From: Nannocystis sp. SCPEA4
Lineage (GTDB): Bacteria > Myxococcota_A > Polyangia > Nannocystales > Nannocystaceae
Length of the DNA: 64,000 bases
Direction of reading: 5' to 3'
Assembly: GCF_026626685.1 (NCBI RefSeq)
Contig: NZ_JAPNJX010000001.1
Location: forward strand, 204,752 to 268,751
Under the pieces are notes generated by a model that was not told the origin of the DNA, searched no databases, and saw nothing but the letters and a program-made list of their open reading frames with translations. Below, one piece after another: positions 21,950 to 35,635 of the stretch (the first letter of the stretch is position 1; every line of letters starts with the position of its first letter). The position numbers and the translations under genes were made by a program.

Positions 21950-23026
21950 TCACGTGCGCGCGTCGACGCCCGGCAGAGCCCGGCAGGTGTCGAGGATCCA
22001 CCGCTGCAGCGCCATGTACGGCGAGGCGTAGGCGACGTGCGAGCCGCCCTTGAGGTCCTGGTCGAGGCGGACCAGCGCGGCGTAGGCCGAGCGCAGGCGC
22101 GGCTCGCTGAACCCGCGCGCCTGGGCCTCGAGCCCGCGCACCAGGAACGGCGGCAGCTTGGTCGCCTCGGCCACGCGGCCCGGGTTGACCTTGGCGGTGA
22201 AGATCAGGCGGATCTGCCGCGTGAGCATCGCCAGCACCTGCATCGACACGCCGGCGTCCTTTTCGCCCGCGGCGAACATGCGCGCCAGCACGGCCAGGGC
22301 AGCGCTGGCCTCGCCGCGGCCGACGGCGTCGGTGAGGTCGAAGATCCGCGCCTCGCGGGTGTGGGCCACGATCGCCTCGACGTCGGCGAGCCCGACCGGG
22401 CCGTCGCCGGCGTGCAGCAGCGCCTGCTCGAGGGCCCCCAGTAATTCGCTGCGCCCGGTGCCCACGGAGGCCACCAGCGCGGCCGCGGCGTCGCGGCTGA
22501 TCTTGCGGCCCTGCGCCTGCGCCTCGCCGACGACGAACCCGACCGCCTCGTCGTCGCGCTTGTAGGCCTCGAACTTGTGGGCCCACCCGTTCGCCTTGCA
22601 GGCGCTCACCAGCTTCGAGCGGCCGTCGATGCCACCGCCGCTGATCACCAGCACCGAGCTCGGGCTCGGCGCCTTGATGTAGGCCGCGAGCGCGTCCATC
22701 GCCGCCGCCGCGGTGCTCTCGGCCTCGGGGCCCTTGCCGAGGTCGTCGGGGTTGGCGAGCTCGACCAGCCGCCACTTGCTCATCATCGGGATCTGGGCGC
22801 AGGCCGACAGCACCGGTCCGGCCCCGCTGAGGTCGACGCCGTCGAAGCGCTCGTGGTTGAAGGCCGCCATCGCCTGCGCGGTCGGGTCGTCGGGCGGGAC
22901 CACGACCTTGCGCAGCGCCGTGATGACCGCCCGGATCGCCGCCGGCTCGTCGCCGTAGAGCACGTACACCGGGTCGAGCTTGCCGGCCGCGATCGCTCGC
23001 TCGAGCGCGCGGACGTCGTCGCTCAT
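21950..23026 (-). CDS. holA: DNA polymerase III subunit delta
   Basis: N-terminal MSDDVRALERAIAAGKLDPVYVLYGDEP, HolA-like length and architecture. The start is coupled to the rlmD stop. Confidence 0.75.
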   Translation of the reverse strand: MSDDVRALERAIAAGKLDPVYVLYGDEPAAIRAVITALRKVVVPPDDPTAQAMAAFNHERFDGVDLSGAGPVLSACAQIPMMSKWRLVELANPDDLGKGPEAESTAAAAMDALAAYIKAPSPSSVLVISGGGIDGRSKLVSACKANGWAHKFEAYKRDDEAVGFVVGEAQAQGRKISRDAAAALVASVGTGRSELLGALEQALLHAGDGPVGLADVEAIVAHTREARIFDLTDAVGRGEASAALAVLARMFAAGEKDAGVSMQVLAMLTRQIRLIFTAKVNPGRVAEATKLPPFLVRGLEAQARGFSEPRLRSAYAALVRLDQDLKGGSHVAYASPYMALQRWILDTCRALPGVDART

Positions 23027-24393
23027 GACCTGTCCCTCGGAGCATCCAGGGCCACGATCACCTCGACCTCCGGCGTCATCGGCATCATGTCGATCGCCAG
23101 CGCCGCGCTGGCGCGGTGACCGGCCTCCAGCAGCGGCTCGAGGTCGCGGGCCAGCGTGGCCGGGTCGCAGGCGACGAACACCGTGCGCCCGCGGGCCACA
23201 TGGGCCAGCGCCCGCGCCCCCTGCAGGCCGAGGCCGGCGCGCGGCGGGTCGAGCACCACGCGGTCGAAGCCGCGGCCCTCGGCGGCGTAGCGAACCAGCG
23301 CCCGCGTGGCGTCGAGCCGGCGCACCTCGACCTTCGCCTGTCGGCTGACACCTGTCTTTTTGGCCAGGCGCAGCAGCGCCGCCGCCGAGCCGCGATCGTC
23401 CTCGACCGCGACCACCTCGGCGGCCTCGCGGGCCAGCGCGCGCGTGAAGTTGCCGCCGCCGGCGAACAGCTCGAGCACCTGGCCGCCGCGCGCGTCGGCC
23501 AGCGCGACCACCCGCTCGACCAGGACCCGGTTCTGCGCCGCCTGGGCCTGCGCGAACTCGAAGGGACCTGTCGGAATGGCCATGTCCTCGGGGCCAGCAT
23601 CGGCCAGCGCCAGGCGGCCGCGCCCGACCACCAGCTCGCGCCGCCCGCCGCGGGCGACCACGCCGACGACCACGTTGTCGAGCGCCTCGCCCAGCGCGGC
23701 CCGCAGGCCCGCCTCGCCGCCGTCGCCCTCGCGCGGCGCGAGGCCGGGGATCCCCACCACCACCGCGGCGCCGTCGGACAGCAGGTGCAGCTCGCCGCGC
23801 CGCAACAGCCGCAGCACCTGCGCGAACGCCCCGCCCGCGCCCGCCAGCGCGTGCAGGCGGGCCAGCGCGTGGTTGAGCGGGGCGTCGAACACGGGGCAGT
23901 GCGCGAGGTCGAGGACCTCGTGCAACTGCCGGCGGTGCAGGCCGAGCCGCAACGCATCGCCGACGCGCTCGACGTGCAGGCGGGCGCGCCGTCGGTAGCC
24001 GAGCGCCCGCGGGCTCGCCAGCGCCTGCGGGACCGCGATCCCGAGCCGGCGCAGCGCGCCCTCGGCGATCTGGCGCTTGAGCTCGGCCTGCGCGGCCGCC
24101 CGCGCGTGCTGCAGGCCGCAGCCGCCGCACACGCCCTCGACCGGGCACGGGGGCGCGACGCGATCGGGGCTGGCCGTCAGCACCTGCAAGGTGCGCCCGC
24201 GGATCATCCGCCGGCGCTCCTCCGACCTGACCGCAAGGACCTGTTCTCCGGGCAATGCCCCTTCGACCAGCCATGTGCGCGTGTCGGCGCCCTCGCCCAC
24301 CGCCCGGCCGACACCCTCGCCGCCGTGGGCGATCCCGCGGATCTCGACGGGCTCGCCGGCCGCGGCCTCCGTGGCCTCGGTCGTCTTCATCAC
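23023..24393 (-). CDS. rlmD: 23S rRNA (uracil-5-)-methyltransferase RlmD/RumA (TRAM + Fe-S + SAM methyltransferase)
   Basis: CGGCGLQH Fe-S cysteines, SAM-binding VLELFAGGGNFT and a catalytic C-terminal region. Confidence 0.8.
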   Translation of the reverse strand: MMKTTEATEAAAGEPVEIRGIAHGGEGVGRAVGEGADTRTWLVEGALPGEQVLAVRSEERRRMIRGRTLQVLTASPDRVAPPCPVEGVCGGCGLQHARAAAQAELKRQIAEGALRRLGIAVPQALASPRALGYRRRARLHVERVGDALRLGLHRRQLHEVLDLAHCPVFDAPLNHALARLHALAGAGGAFAQVLRLLRRGELHLLSDGAAVVVGIPGLAPREGDGGEAGLRAALGEALDNVVVGVVARGGRRELVVGRGRLALADAGPEDMAIPTGPFEFAQAQAAQNRVLVERVVALADARGGQVLELFAGGGNFTRALAREAAEVVAVEDDRGSAAALLRLAKKTGVSRQAKVEVRRLDATRALVRYAAEGRGFDRVVLDPPRAGLGLQGARALAHVARGRTVFVACDPATLARDLEPLLEAGHRASAALAIDMMPMTPEVEVIVALDAPRDRS

Positions 24394-24986
24394 TTCTTCT
24401 TCTTGGTCTCTTCGGCGTTGACGTCGATGACGCGGTCGCGCGCCGGCCGCTGCTTGCCGTCGCCCATCTGCGCGAACGGGAAGCTGCCGAAGCCCGGACC
24501 GCCACCGCCGGCCGGCCCGCCGGGGCCGCCGCGGCCCTGCTGCTGGGCCTGCTGCTGGGCCTGTTGCATCGCCTGCATCGCCGCCTGCAGGTTGGCGAGC
24601 GGGCCGGTGGCCTTGGGCTTGGGCGCGAACTGGGCCAGCAGCGCGAAGCCGAGGGCCCCGAGGCCGAGGATGTAGACCGTCGGATCGGACCCGCGCGACA
24701 CGCCGCAGGCGACCGCGCCGAGCCAGAAGAAGAACAACACGATGGCGAAGCAGCCGGCTCCGCGGGCCAGGCCGAACAGGCCGAGGATCGCCAGCGCGCC
24801 GCCGCCGACCATCACCACCGTGGGCAGGTAGACCGGCGGCCCGTTGACGAACAGGCCGACGATGACGACCACGGCGCCGACGAGGAACAGCGAGAAGCGC
24901 CGCTGCATCTCCTTCTTCATCAGGCTCATCGCGTCGGGCGGGAGCTTGCTGAGGTCGAAGGGCATCTGGGGCGGGACTTGGGCCAT
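24390..24986 (-). CDS. hypothetical membrane protein with Gln/Gly-rich C-terminus
   Basis: Three predicted TM segments, then QAMQQAQQQAQQQGRGGPGG. Confidence 0.45.
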   Translation of the reverse strand: MAQVPPQMPFDLSKLPPDAMSLMKKEMQRRFSLFLVGAVVVIVGLFVNGPPVYLPTVVMVGGGALAILGLFGLARGAGCFAIVLFFFWLGAVACGVSRGSDPTVYILGLGALGFALLAQFAPKPKATGPLANLQAAMQAMQQAQQQAQQQGRGGPGGPAGGGGPGFGSFPFAQMGDGKQRPARDRVIDVNAEETKKKK

Positions 24987-25039
24987 AGTGCTTTCGCTCG
25001 TGGTGCTGCTGCGTCGCGTGCGTCCTCAGCCTAGCAGCG

Positions 25040-26203
25040 CTAGCCGGCGACGCGAGCGAAGCGGCGGGCGATCTCTCGGCTGATGACGATGCGCTGGATC
25101 TCGCTGGTGCCCTCGAAGATGCGGGTCACGCGGACGTCGCGGAGGTAGCGCTCGACCGGGAATTCACGGGTATAGCCGAAACCGCCGAGGATCTGCACGG
25201 CCCGGTCGCAGGCGGCCCAGCCGCGCTCGCTGGCCGCCAGCTTGGCCATCGACGCCTCCTGCGAGAAGGATCGGCCCTGTTCTTTGAGCCAGGCGGCGCG
25301 CAGCGTGAGCAAACGGGCCGCCTCGAGCTCGGTGGCGCTGTCGGCGAGCATCCACTGGATCGCCTGGTAGTCGGCGATCGGGCTGCCGAACTGCTGCCGC
25401 TCGAGCGCGTAGCCGCGGGCGAAGTCGGTGGCGGCCAGGCCGCAGCCGAGCGCCAGGCCGGCGATGCCGATCCGGCCGCCGTCGAGCGCCATCATCGCCA
25501 CGCGGAAGCCCTTGCCGACCTCGCCGAGCAGCGCCTCGGGCCCGAGCTCGACGTCGTTGAACTCGAGCGGCGTGGTGGTGCTCGCGTGCTGCCCGGTCTT
25601 GTGCTCCGGCTTGCCGCGGACCAGCCCCGGGGCGTCGCCGCGGACCAGGAAGGCGCTGATGCCCTGCGAGCCGGGGGCGTCGCTGGTGCGCGCCCACACC
25701 ACGAACAGCCCGGCGTCGGTGCCGCTCGTGATCCACAGCTTCTGCCCGCTCAGCACCCAGCCGCGGCCGCTCGGCGTGGCCCGCGTGCGCATGCCGGCCG
25801 GGTCGCTGCCGGCGCCCGCCTCCGACAGGGCGAACCCGCCGACCACGTACTCGCCCGAGCACAGCCGCGGCACGTGCTCCTCCTGCTGCTCCGGCGTGCC
25901 GAACTTGGTGACGACCTCGGCCACCATGTTGCTGACCGTCATCGCCACCGTGGTGCCGGCGCACGCCCGCGCCAGCTCGATGACCGCCAGGGCGTAGGCG
26001 ACCGCCCCGGCCTCGACCCCGCCGAGCCGCTCCGGCACGTTGATGCCGAGCAGCCCGAGCTGCGCCGCCTCGGTCAGGCTCTCGCGCGGGAACCCGCCCG
26101 TGACGTCGAGCTCGGCCGCCCGCGGCGCCAGCGTGCGCTGGGCGAACTGCCGCGCGGTGGCGACGATGAGCTCCTGGCTCTCGGTCGGGGTGAAGTCGAT
26201 CAT
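25040..26203 (-). CDS. acyl-CoA dehydrogenase
   Basis: ACAD motifs (GFALSEAGAGSD, C-terminal YEGTSEIQRIVI). Confidence 0.9.
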   Translation of the reverse strand: MIDFTPTESQELIVATARQFAQRTLAPRAAELDVTGGFPRESLTEAAQLGLLGINVPERLGGVEAGAVAYALAVIELARACAGTTVAMTVSNMVAEVVTKFGTPEQQEEHVPRLCSGEYVVGGFALSEAGAGSDPAGMRTRATPSGRGWVLSGQKLWITSGTDAGLFVVWARTSDAPGSQGISAFLVRGDAPGLVRGKPEHKTGQHASTTTPLEFNDVELGPEALLGEVGKGFRVAMMALDGGRIGIAGLALGCGLAATDFARGYALERQQFGSPIADYQAIQWMLADSATELEAARLLTLRAAWLKEQGRSFSQEASMAKLAASERGWAACDRAVQILGGFGYTREFPVERYLRDVRVTRIFEGTSEIQRIVISREIARRFARVAG

Positions 26204-26205
26204 CG

Positions 26206-26270
26206 TGGTGTCTCGAAAGGCATGCCCCGAACGACATGCCCGAAAGGGAATGGCCCGAAGGACATGCTCC
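26206..26270. repeat. GGACATGYCC-family tandem array (4 units)
   Basis: aggcatgccc, cgacatgccc, gggaatggccc and ggacatgctcc. Confidence 0.75.
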
Positions 26271-26284
26271 TCCGGGCAGGCAAC

Positions 26285-26830
26285 TCAGTAGGCCTCGCCG
26301 ACCTTGCCGGTGTACGTGTAGACGTACTCGACCTCGGGCGCCGGGTCGAACTCCCACTTGAAGGCCGACTCCTCGACGCAGGGGGCGAACAGCTTGGCCT
26401 CGCGCGGCTGGAACTTGTCCTTCGGCACGCCCTTGGGCGGCCGCCGCTCCTTGATGTCGATGGCCGGGATGGTGACCTTGGTGACCTTGCCGCTGGTGGC
26501 GATGGTCACCTCGGCCGAGAAGGTGCCGGCGATCCAGCGGTTCTCGTAGGCCTCCATGTCGCGCTGCAGACAGCGGCCGAAGTCGCGCTCGTACACGCTC
26601 TCCATGGTGTCCTGGATCGACGCCAGGGTCTTCGGCGAGACGGAGGCTTGCGCGGAGCGGTCGTACTCGTCGAGGCCCTCCTCGGACTTCACCATGTCCT
26701 TGTCGTACTCCGTCTTGGTGTACTCGGCGTACATGGCGTCCTCGTTGTTGTCCATCTTGTTGAGGTGGCGCTTGGCACACCCCGGGCCGGCGAGGGCGGC
26801 GGCGAGCAGGATCACGGTCGTGGTTCGCAT
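26285..26830 (-). CDS. hypothetical lipoprotein
   Basis: MRTTTVILLAAALAGPGC lipobox; 181 aa. Confidence 0.5.
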   Translation of the reverse strand: MRTTTVILLAAALAGPGCAKRHLNKMDNNEDAMYAEYTKTEYDKDMVKSEEGLDEYDRSAQASVSPKTLASIQDTMESVYERDFGRCLQRDMEAYENRWIAGTFSAEVTIATSGKVTKVTIPAIDIKERRPPKGVPKDKFQPREAKLFAPCVEESAFKWEFDPAPEVEYVYTYTGKVGEAY

Positions 26831-26901
26831 GGTGGTTCCTCGGGAGGGCTCGTGGGGAGCCGGGGCGATCCGGGGCATGATAGCGCGCCGGAGCCCGGCG
26901 G

Positions 26902-28047
<1,146 letters not shown>

Positions 28048-28066
28048 CGCGCTCTCGCTCCCCTTC

Positions 28067-28861
28067 TCACTGGCCCTTGAACTCGGGCTTGCGCTTGCCG
28101 AGGAAGGCCGCCATGCCCTCCTTCTGATCGGCGGTGTCGAACAGCCCGGCGAACGCCTCGACCTCGAGCGCGTTCGCCTGCGAAAGCGGCAGGCCGGCGC
28201 CGGCGTACAGCACCCGCTTGGCCTCGGCGACGGCCACGGGGCCCATCTCGGCGATCTTGCGGGCGGTGGCGATCGTCGCCGGCAGCAGCTCGGCCGCCGG
28301 CAGCACGCGGTTGGCCAGGCCGATCCGGGTCGCCTCGGTGGCGTCGATGGTGTCGCCGGTGAGGCACAGCTCGATCGCGCGGGCCAGGCCGACGCGACGG
28401 GCCAGCCGCTGGGTCCCGCCGAAGCCGGGGATCACGCCGAGCTTGACCTCGGGCTGACCGAACTTGGCGTTCTCCGCCGCGTAGATGAAGTCGCAGGCCA
28501 GCGCCAGCTCGCAGCCGCCGCCGAGCGCGAAGCCGTTGACGGCCGCGATCGTCGGGATCGGCAGCGAGGCCAGCGCGTCGCCGACGGCGTGGCCGCTGCG
28601 GGCGAACTCGCGGGCTGTCCCGACGGACATGTCGGCCATCGCCGCGATGTCGGCCCCGGCGACGAACGCCTTCTCGCCGGCGCCGGTCAGCACCAGCGCG
28701 CGCACCCGACCGGCGCGGGCGGCCTCGGCCGCCTCGTCGAGCACGTGCTGCAGGCCGGCGATCACCGCCTGGTTGAGGGCGTTCAGCGCCTTGGGCCGGT
28801 TGATGGTGACGACGAGGACGCCGGCGTCGTCGGTGACGAGGAGCGTGTCGGTGCCGAGCAT
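28067..28861 (-). CDS. enoyl-CoA hydratase (crotonase family)
   Basis: Crotonase fold motifs AFVAGADI and GGGCELALACD. Confidence 0.9.
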   Translation of the reverse strand: MLGTDTLLVTDDAGVLVVTINRPKALNALNQAVIAGLQHVLDEAAEAARAGRVRALVLTGAGEKAFVAGADIAAMADMSVGTAREFARSGHAVGDALASLPIPTIAAVNGFALGGGCELALACDFIYAAENAKFGQPEVKLGVIPGFGGTQRLARRVGLARAIELCLTGDTIDATEATRIGLANRVLPAAELLPATIATARKIAEMGPVAVAEAKRVLYAGAGLPLSQANALEVEAFAGLFDTADQKEGMAAFLGKRKPEFKGQ

Positions 28862-28867
28862 GGCCGC

Positions 28868-29764
<897 letters not shown>

Positions 29765-29802
29765 GTCCGATCTCCGGTGTCCTAGAGGTCATGCTCGAAA
29801 GT

Positions 29803-30981
<1,179 letters not shown>

Positions 30982-31208
30982 CACGAAACTCCTTCTGCGC
31001 AGCTGCCGGCGGGGCGCGCGGCGACGCGGCGTCGTCACGGCTGCCGGAAAGCTCGCAAGTTCGCTTAGCACGCGGAGATGCAAGATCTGAAGCCCTGGAG
31101 CCGGCCGCGCCCTCGGCGCGGCCTTTGCGCTGACTCACTGCGCTGGCGCATCCGCATGACTTCGGGGAAATAACGCCATGCCCACCCGAGCCCTGAGCTT
31201 TGCGGTTG

Positions 31209-31236
31209 ACGATCGCCGCACAGATCGGGTACGAGC
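31209..31236 (+). promoter_or_regulatory. putative sigma70-like promoter for tRNA-Met (TTGACG-N17-TACGAG)
   Basis: Hexamers read about 15 bp upstream of the tRNA 5' end. This is a weak call. Confidence 0.2.
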
Positions 31237-31250
31237 GTGGCCCCTTCGTC

Positions 31251-31327
<77 letters not shown>

Positions 31328-31363
31328 GCCCGCCCGTCAGGGAGCGGGCTTTTCTCTTTTCTG
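31328..31363 (+). terminator. rho-independent terminator after tRNA
   Basis: GC stem gcccgccc/gggagcgggc with loop gtca, followed by ttttctcttttct. Confidence 0.7.
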
Positions 31364-31556
31364 CGACCGACGACGCGTCGCGTCGGGCTGTTCCTTCGGT
31401 CAGGGCTTCGTGGATCCGCGGGCGCCGGATCTCGGAGTGACCTGGCGCCTCGGACAGGTCGGCGGGCGGGACCTACAGACGCTCCGATCTCGACCCATCG
31501 GGCAGCGCCGGACCTGGCGTCGCGGCCAGGTTCGGCGTCGGTCGATCCGCAGCGGG

Positions 31557-34500
31557 TCAGGCCTTTTTGTCGGCCGGGTCGCTGCTCGTCGGCTTGGCTG
31601 CGTCGTTCGGCTCCGACGCGGGGCGCTTCGCGCCCGAGGGGCGCGGCACCAGGCCGCCTCCGCCCGGTCCGGGGATGTCGAACAGCGCCGACTTGCCCCG
31701 CGGGCGTGCACTGGTACCGACCGGTCCGAGCGGCTCGAAGGTCGGCTTGGGCGCCGGGGCCGGCGTCGGCTCGGCGGCGGAGGCGGGAGGCGCCTCCGCA
31801 GGAGCCGCCTGGGGCTCGGGCGCCGGAACGCTCGCGGCTGCCGGGGTGGTCGCCGTCGTCGCGCTCGTGGGCGCGGCAGCAGCGGGCACCGCGGCCGACT
31901 TGGGACCGCCGGGCGCGGCGCTTGCGGGCGCCGTCTTGCTGCCTGAGCCCGAGGACATGCCCGAAGTACCAGGTCCCGGGAGGCCGCCCCGTGCGGGCTC
32001 GACTGCGGCGGCCTTTGCAGTTGCACCGCCTGGCGTCGCGCTCGTCGACGGCGCGGGCTTCGTCGCGCCCGGGCCCGACGGGGTGCTGGTCTTTGCCGGG
32101 GTGGTGCCCGGGCCTGCCGCGGGCGACTTCGACGGGCTCGTGCCCGTCGAGGCACCGGTCGCCGGGCTCGCGCTTGCGGCTCCCCCGCTTGTACCTGCAG
32201 GCGTCTCCGGCTTCGCCGCGTTCGCCGGCCCGCTCATCGCCGGCCGGTTCACACCCGGGGCCGGCGTCGACTTCGCGCCGGTCGCTCCGCTCGCAGCGGC
32301 CGGCGTGCCAGCCGGCTTCGTGCCGGCGGATTCACCGGGCCCAGCTGTCCCGGGGGACCTGTCCGTAAGGCCAGCTCCGGGAGCCTTCACCGGGGCTGTC
32401 CCCGCGGACCTGTCCGTGGCAACAGCTACGGCCGGCTTCGCCGCCTCGCCGCCGACCGGCGTGCCTGTCCTCGAGGACCTGTCTGCAGGGCTAGGCGTCG
32501 CCGTACTCTGGCTCGACCCGCCGCCGCTCGCGCCCGCCTGCCTGCCTGTCCCCAGCGGCCTGTCCGCAGGGCCAGTCGCCGCGACGCTCGGGCTCGATCC
32601 GCCGGCGCCTGCGCCCGCCTGCCCGGCTGTCCCGGAGGACCTGTCCGTCATACCAGCCGGCTTCGCCGCACCGGCTGCCCCGACGCTCGCGGCCTTCGCC
32701 GTCCCGCTCACAGACGGAGCTCCGACGCCCGCGGCCTTCGCCGGCCCGCCGGCGGACAGAGGCGCCCCAGCCGGCCCAGCCACGGCGCTCGCCGCCTTCG
32801 CCGGCCCGCTCGCCGCCTTCGCCGGCCCGCTCAGAGGACGCGCCGAAGCCTGCCCGATCGAACCGCTCGCCGCAGCCTTGCTGGGCTCGCTGCGCCCCGC
32901 TGCGCTCGCGGCCTGCGGTGCGTCGCTGGCGGCCGGCACGGGACCCGAGCCGCTGCGCCCGGCTGCGGCCGAGACCGTCGTGCCCAGGCCGAGCGGCGGA
33001 CGACCTGCGGTGGGGCTGCTCCAGCGGGGCGCCTCACCCGGCTTGCCTGCACCGGTCGGCTCGGCTGCGGGGCGTGTCGGCAGCGAGCCGCCTGGCGGCA
33101 CGAACGTGCGTCCTGTCGCCGGCGTCCCCTGCCCCGGGACCGACCCGCCGCGCGGTGCCGCGGGCGAACCACTCGCAGGCGCGCTCGTGCCCGCAGGGAC
33201 AGGTTCGGAAGTACCTGTCCCACCGGACAGCCCGGGCGTCACCGCCGGTTGCCCGCGCGCCGGCGTCGCCGGCCGCGCTCCTGGCGAAACTGCGACGACA
33301 GGCTGCCCCTGCGCCGGCGTCGCCGGCCGGGCAGGACCCGGCGCTCCCACGGCAGGCTGCCCCTGCGCCGGCGCGGCCGGTCGCGCTCCAGGGCCCGGGA
33401 GCCCCACGGTAGGTTGCCCCTGCGCCGGCGTCGCCGGCCGCGCTCCCGGCACCGGACCCGAAACTCCCGCGCCCGGCGGCCCCTGCGTCGGTGGTCGACT
33501 GGCCGTTGGGACAGGTCCTGAAAGACCTGTCCCGAGCGGCTGCCGCGGCGCTGCCGGCACGGGCCCGGACGCGCCACGCGCGAGCCCGGGCGTCGCCGTC
33601 CCGAGCCCCGCCCGCGGGGCTGGCCCCGAGACCCCGGGCGGCAGCGGGGCCGGTCCGACCACCGTCTGCCCCGGCGGTCGCGCCGCCACCGGAAGCGGCC
33701 CCGACGCGCCGGGTGGCGGCGGTCCGGGTCGCATGACTCCGGGGACAGGCCCCAAAGGACCTGCACCGCGCGACATGTCCGATCCGACATGCCCGGAAGC
33801 ACCTGCCGCTTGCGCCGCCCGCACGCTCTCGGGCACCGGCAGCTCGGCGGGCATCGTCATCTGGACGGTGTCCTCGTTGGGGTCGGGTTCGCCGTCCTCG
33901 AGCTCGTCGACCTCGGCCTCGTCGAATTCCTCGACCTCCTCCGCGTACCCGCCCTCGTCGCCCTCGCCGGCCTCACCCTCGCCGGCCTCGCCCTCGCTGG
34001 GATAAGACCCGCTCTCGGCCAGCGGCTCCTCGTCCTCGGCCGCGGCCGCTGCGATCGTCTCCGCGGCGGCAGCGTCCTGATCGATCTCCGGCTCGTCGGG
34101 CTCGCTCACCGGTTCCGGCGCGGGCGCGGGCGCGGACGCAGCGACAGCCGCGGCGCGCAGGCGCTCCCACTCGAGCTCCTCGGCGATCTCCTCCTCGGAC
34201 TTCACCGGCTCGGCGGCCTTGACCGGCTTCGACTCCGGCCGGTCTGCGGGCCGCTCGGGGATCCCCAGCGAGGCGCGACGCTCCTCGAGGATCTTGCGCA
34301 GCTCGGCCTTGCCCTCGCGGGTCAGCAGCGTGCGCGAGCGCCCCTTGGACGTGTCGCTGACGCTCGCGCTCGGTCCGCCGCCGGCCGCCAGCGCCTTGTT
34401 GCGCAGCGTCTCGTCGACGTTGATCTCGAACTCTTCTCCGCCTGTCCCATCGGCCAGGTTCGCGAATGGCCCGCTGGCGCGCGGCGGCGACTTCGGGGCC

Positions 34501-35522
34501 GGGGGCGGCGGCGCCGGCAGGCTGCGCGGGCGGAACGAGCCGGCCATGGGGTCGGTCTTGGGCCGCGGGCCGCTCGCCGTGGGCGCCACGACCGGTCGCA
34601 GCGGCGACGCGCTCGGCTCCTCCCAGTCGTCCTGTTCGCTCAGCTGGTTGAGGACATCCTGGACCACCACGCGCATCACGTTGGCGCTCGGCCAGCGGGC
34701 CACCGGCTCGAACGCCAGCGCGCGGTCGACCAGCTCGATGAGCGGCCTGGGCAAGTCGGGTCGCAGCGTCGCCAGCGAACGCGCCGGCGTGCGGGCCACC
34801 GCCAGCAGGCGCTCGATCACCGGGCCCACCGCCGGGAAGACCGTCTCGCCCGACAGCGCGCGGAAGATCGTCGCCGCGATCGACCACAGGTCGCTGCGCG
34901 CGTCGAGGTTCTCGTTGTCGGCGCGGGCCTGCTCGGGCGCGATGTACGAGACCGTCCCGAACACGATGCCGTCGCTCTGGTCGAGCGCCTCGGCCGACAG
35001 CTCGCGCACGCGGGCGAGGCCGAAGTCCAGCAGCTTCACGCTGCCGTCGCGGCACAGGAAGATGTTGGCCGGCTTGATGTCGCGGTGGAGGATGCCCTTC
35101 GAGTGGGCGGCCGCGAGCACCTCGAGCAGCGCGTCGGTCATCTCGAGCACGGCCATCGGCGGCAGCTGGCCGAGTCGCTCCAGGCGGGCCTCGAGCGACT
35201 CGCCGTCGAGCAGCTCCATCACCAGGTACACGTCGCCCTCTTCGGTGATGTCGTCGTCGAGGACGTGGACCGCGTTGCGATGGCCGACGCTGTTGGCGGC
35301 GTAGCCTTCGCGCAGGAAGCGACGGCGCGCCTGCTCGTTGCGCAGGAAGAGCGTGTGCAGCACCTTGAGCGCGGCGCGGTTGCCGTTGCGATGCGTCGCC
35401 GCGTACACCGACGCCATGCCGCCGATGGCGATCAGGCCGTCGAGGTGCCACTTGTTGCGCAGCCACCGGCCCACGCGTCCCTGGGCCTCCGACAAGAACC
35501 TCGTGCTGCTGCCCCCGACCAA
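31557..35522 (-). CDS. serine/threonine protein kinase with ~950-aa Pro/Ala/Gly/Ser/Thr-rich low-complexity tail
   Basis: N-terminal kinase domain (HRDIKPANIF, DFGLAR, APEQ). The tail contains ~80-bp imperfect tandem DNA repeats (32341-32660) and in-frame GGACATGTCC-family units, giving peptides TDRS.GTAG and HVGSDMSRGAG. Confidence 0.85.
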   Translation of the reverse strand: MVGGSSTRFLSEAQGRVGRWLRNKWHLDGLIAIGGMASVYAATHRNGNRAALKVLHTLFLRNEQARRRFLREGYAANSVGHRNAVHVLDDDITEEGDVYLVMELLDGESLEARLERLGQLPPMAVLEMTDALLEVLAAAHSKGILHRDIKPANIFLCRDGSVKLLDFGLARVRELSAEALDQSDGIVFGTVSYIAPEQARADNENLDARSDLWSIAATIFRALSGETVFPAVGPVIERLLAVARTPARSLATLRPDLPRPLIELVDRALAFEPVARWPSANVMRVVVQDVLNQLSEQDDWEEPSASPLRPVVAPTASGPRPKTDPMAGSFRPRSLPAPPPPAPKSPPRASGPFANLADGTGGEEFEINVDETLRNKALAAGGGPSASVSDTSKGRSRTLLTREGKAELRKILEERRASLGIPERPADRPESKPVKAAEPVKSEEEIAEELEWERLRAAAVAASAPAPAPEPVSEPDEPEIDQDAAAAETIAAAAAEDEEPLAESGSYPSEGEAGEGEAGEGDEGGYAEEVEEFDEAEVDELEDGEPDPNEDTVQMTMPAELPVPESVRAAQAAGASGHVGSDMSRGAGPLGPVPGVMRPGPPPPGASGPLPVAARPPGQTVVGPAPLPPGVSGPAPRAGLGTATPGLARGASGPVPAAPRQPLGTGLSGPVPTASRPPTQGPPGAGVSGPVPGARPATPAQGQPTVGLPGPGARPAAPAQGQPAVGAPGPARPATPAQGQPVVAVSPGARPATPARGQPAVTPGLSGGTGTSEPVPAGTSAPASGSPAAPRGGSVPGQGTPATGRTFVPPGGSLPTRPAAEPTGAGKPGEAPRWSSPTAGRPPLGLGTTVSAAAGRSGSGPVPAASDAPQAASAAGRSEPSKAAASGSIGQASARPLSGPAKAASGPAKAASAVAGPAGAPLSAGGPAKAAGVGAPSVSGTAKAASVGAAGAAKPAGMTDRSSGTAGQAGAGAGGSSPSVAATGPADRPLGTGRQAGASGGGSSQSTATPSPADRSSRTGTPVGGEAAKPAVAVATDRSAGTAPVKAPGAGLTDRSPGTAGPGESAGTKPAGTPAAASGATGAKSTPAPGVNRPAMSGPANAAKPETPAGTSGGAASASPATGASTGTSPSKSPAAGPGTTPAKTSTPSGPGATKPAPSTSATPGGATAKAAAVEPARGGLPGPGTSGMSSGSGSKTAPASAAPGGPKSAAVPAAAAPTSATTATTPAAASVPAPEPQAAPAEAPPASAAEPTPAPAPKPTFEPLGPVGTSARPRGKSALFDIPGPGGGGLVPRPSGAKRPASEPNDAAKPTSSDPADKKA
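32341..32660. repeat. imperfect ~80-bp coding tandem repeats carrying ggacctgtcc units (inside kinase tail)
   Basis: ggacctgtccgt recurs at 32355, 32406, 32475, 32548 and 32637 with similar flanks. Confidence 0.7.
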
Positions 35523-35635
35523 GCGCGCTCAGGATCACGACTGAGGGTGTAGGGTGTCAAGCATGCTGGGGGGCACGCGCCGCAGTCCGTGCGCCCGCGC
35601 TGCGAGCCGCGTTCGCCGCCGTCGCCAGCGGCCTC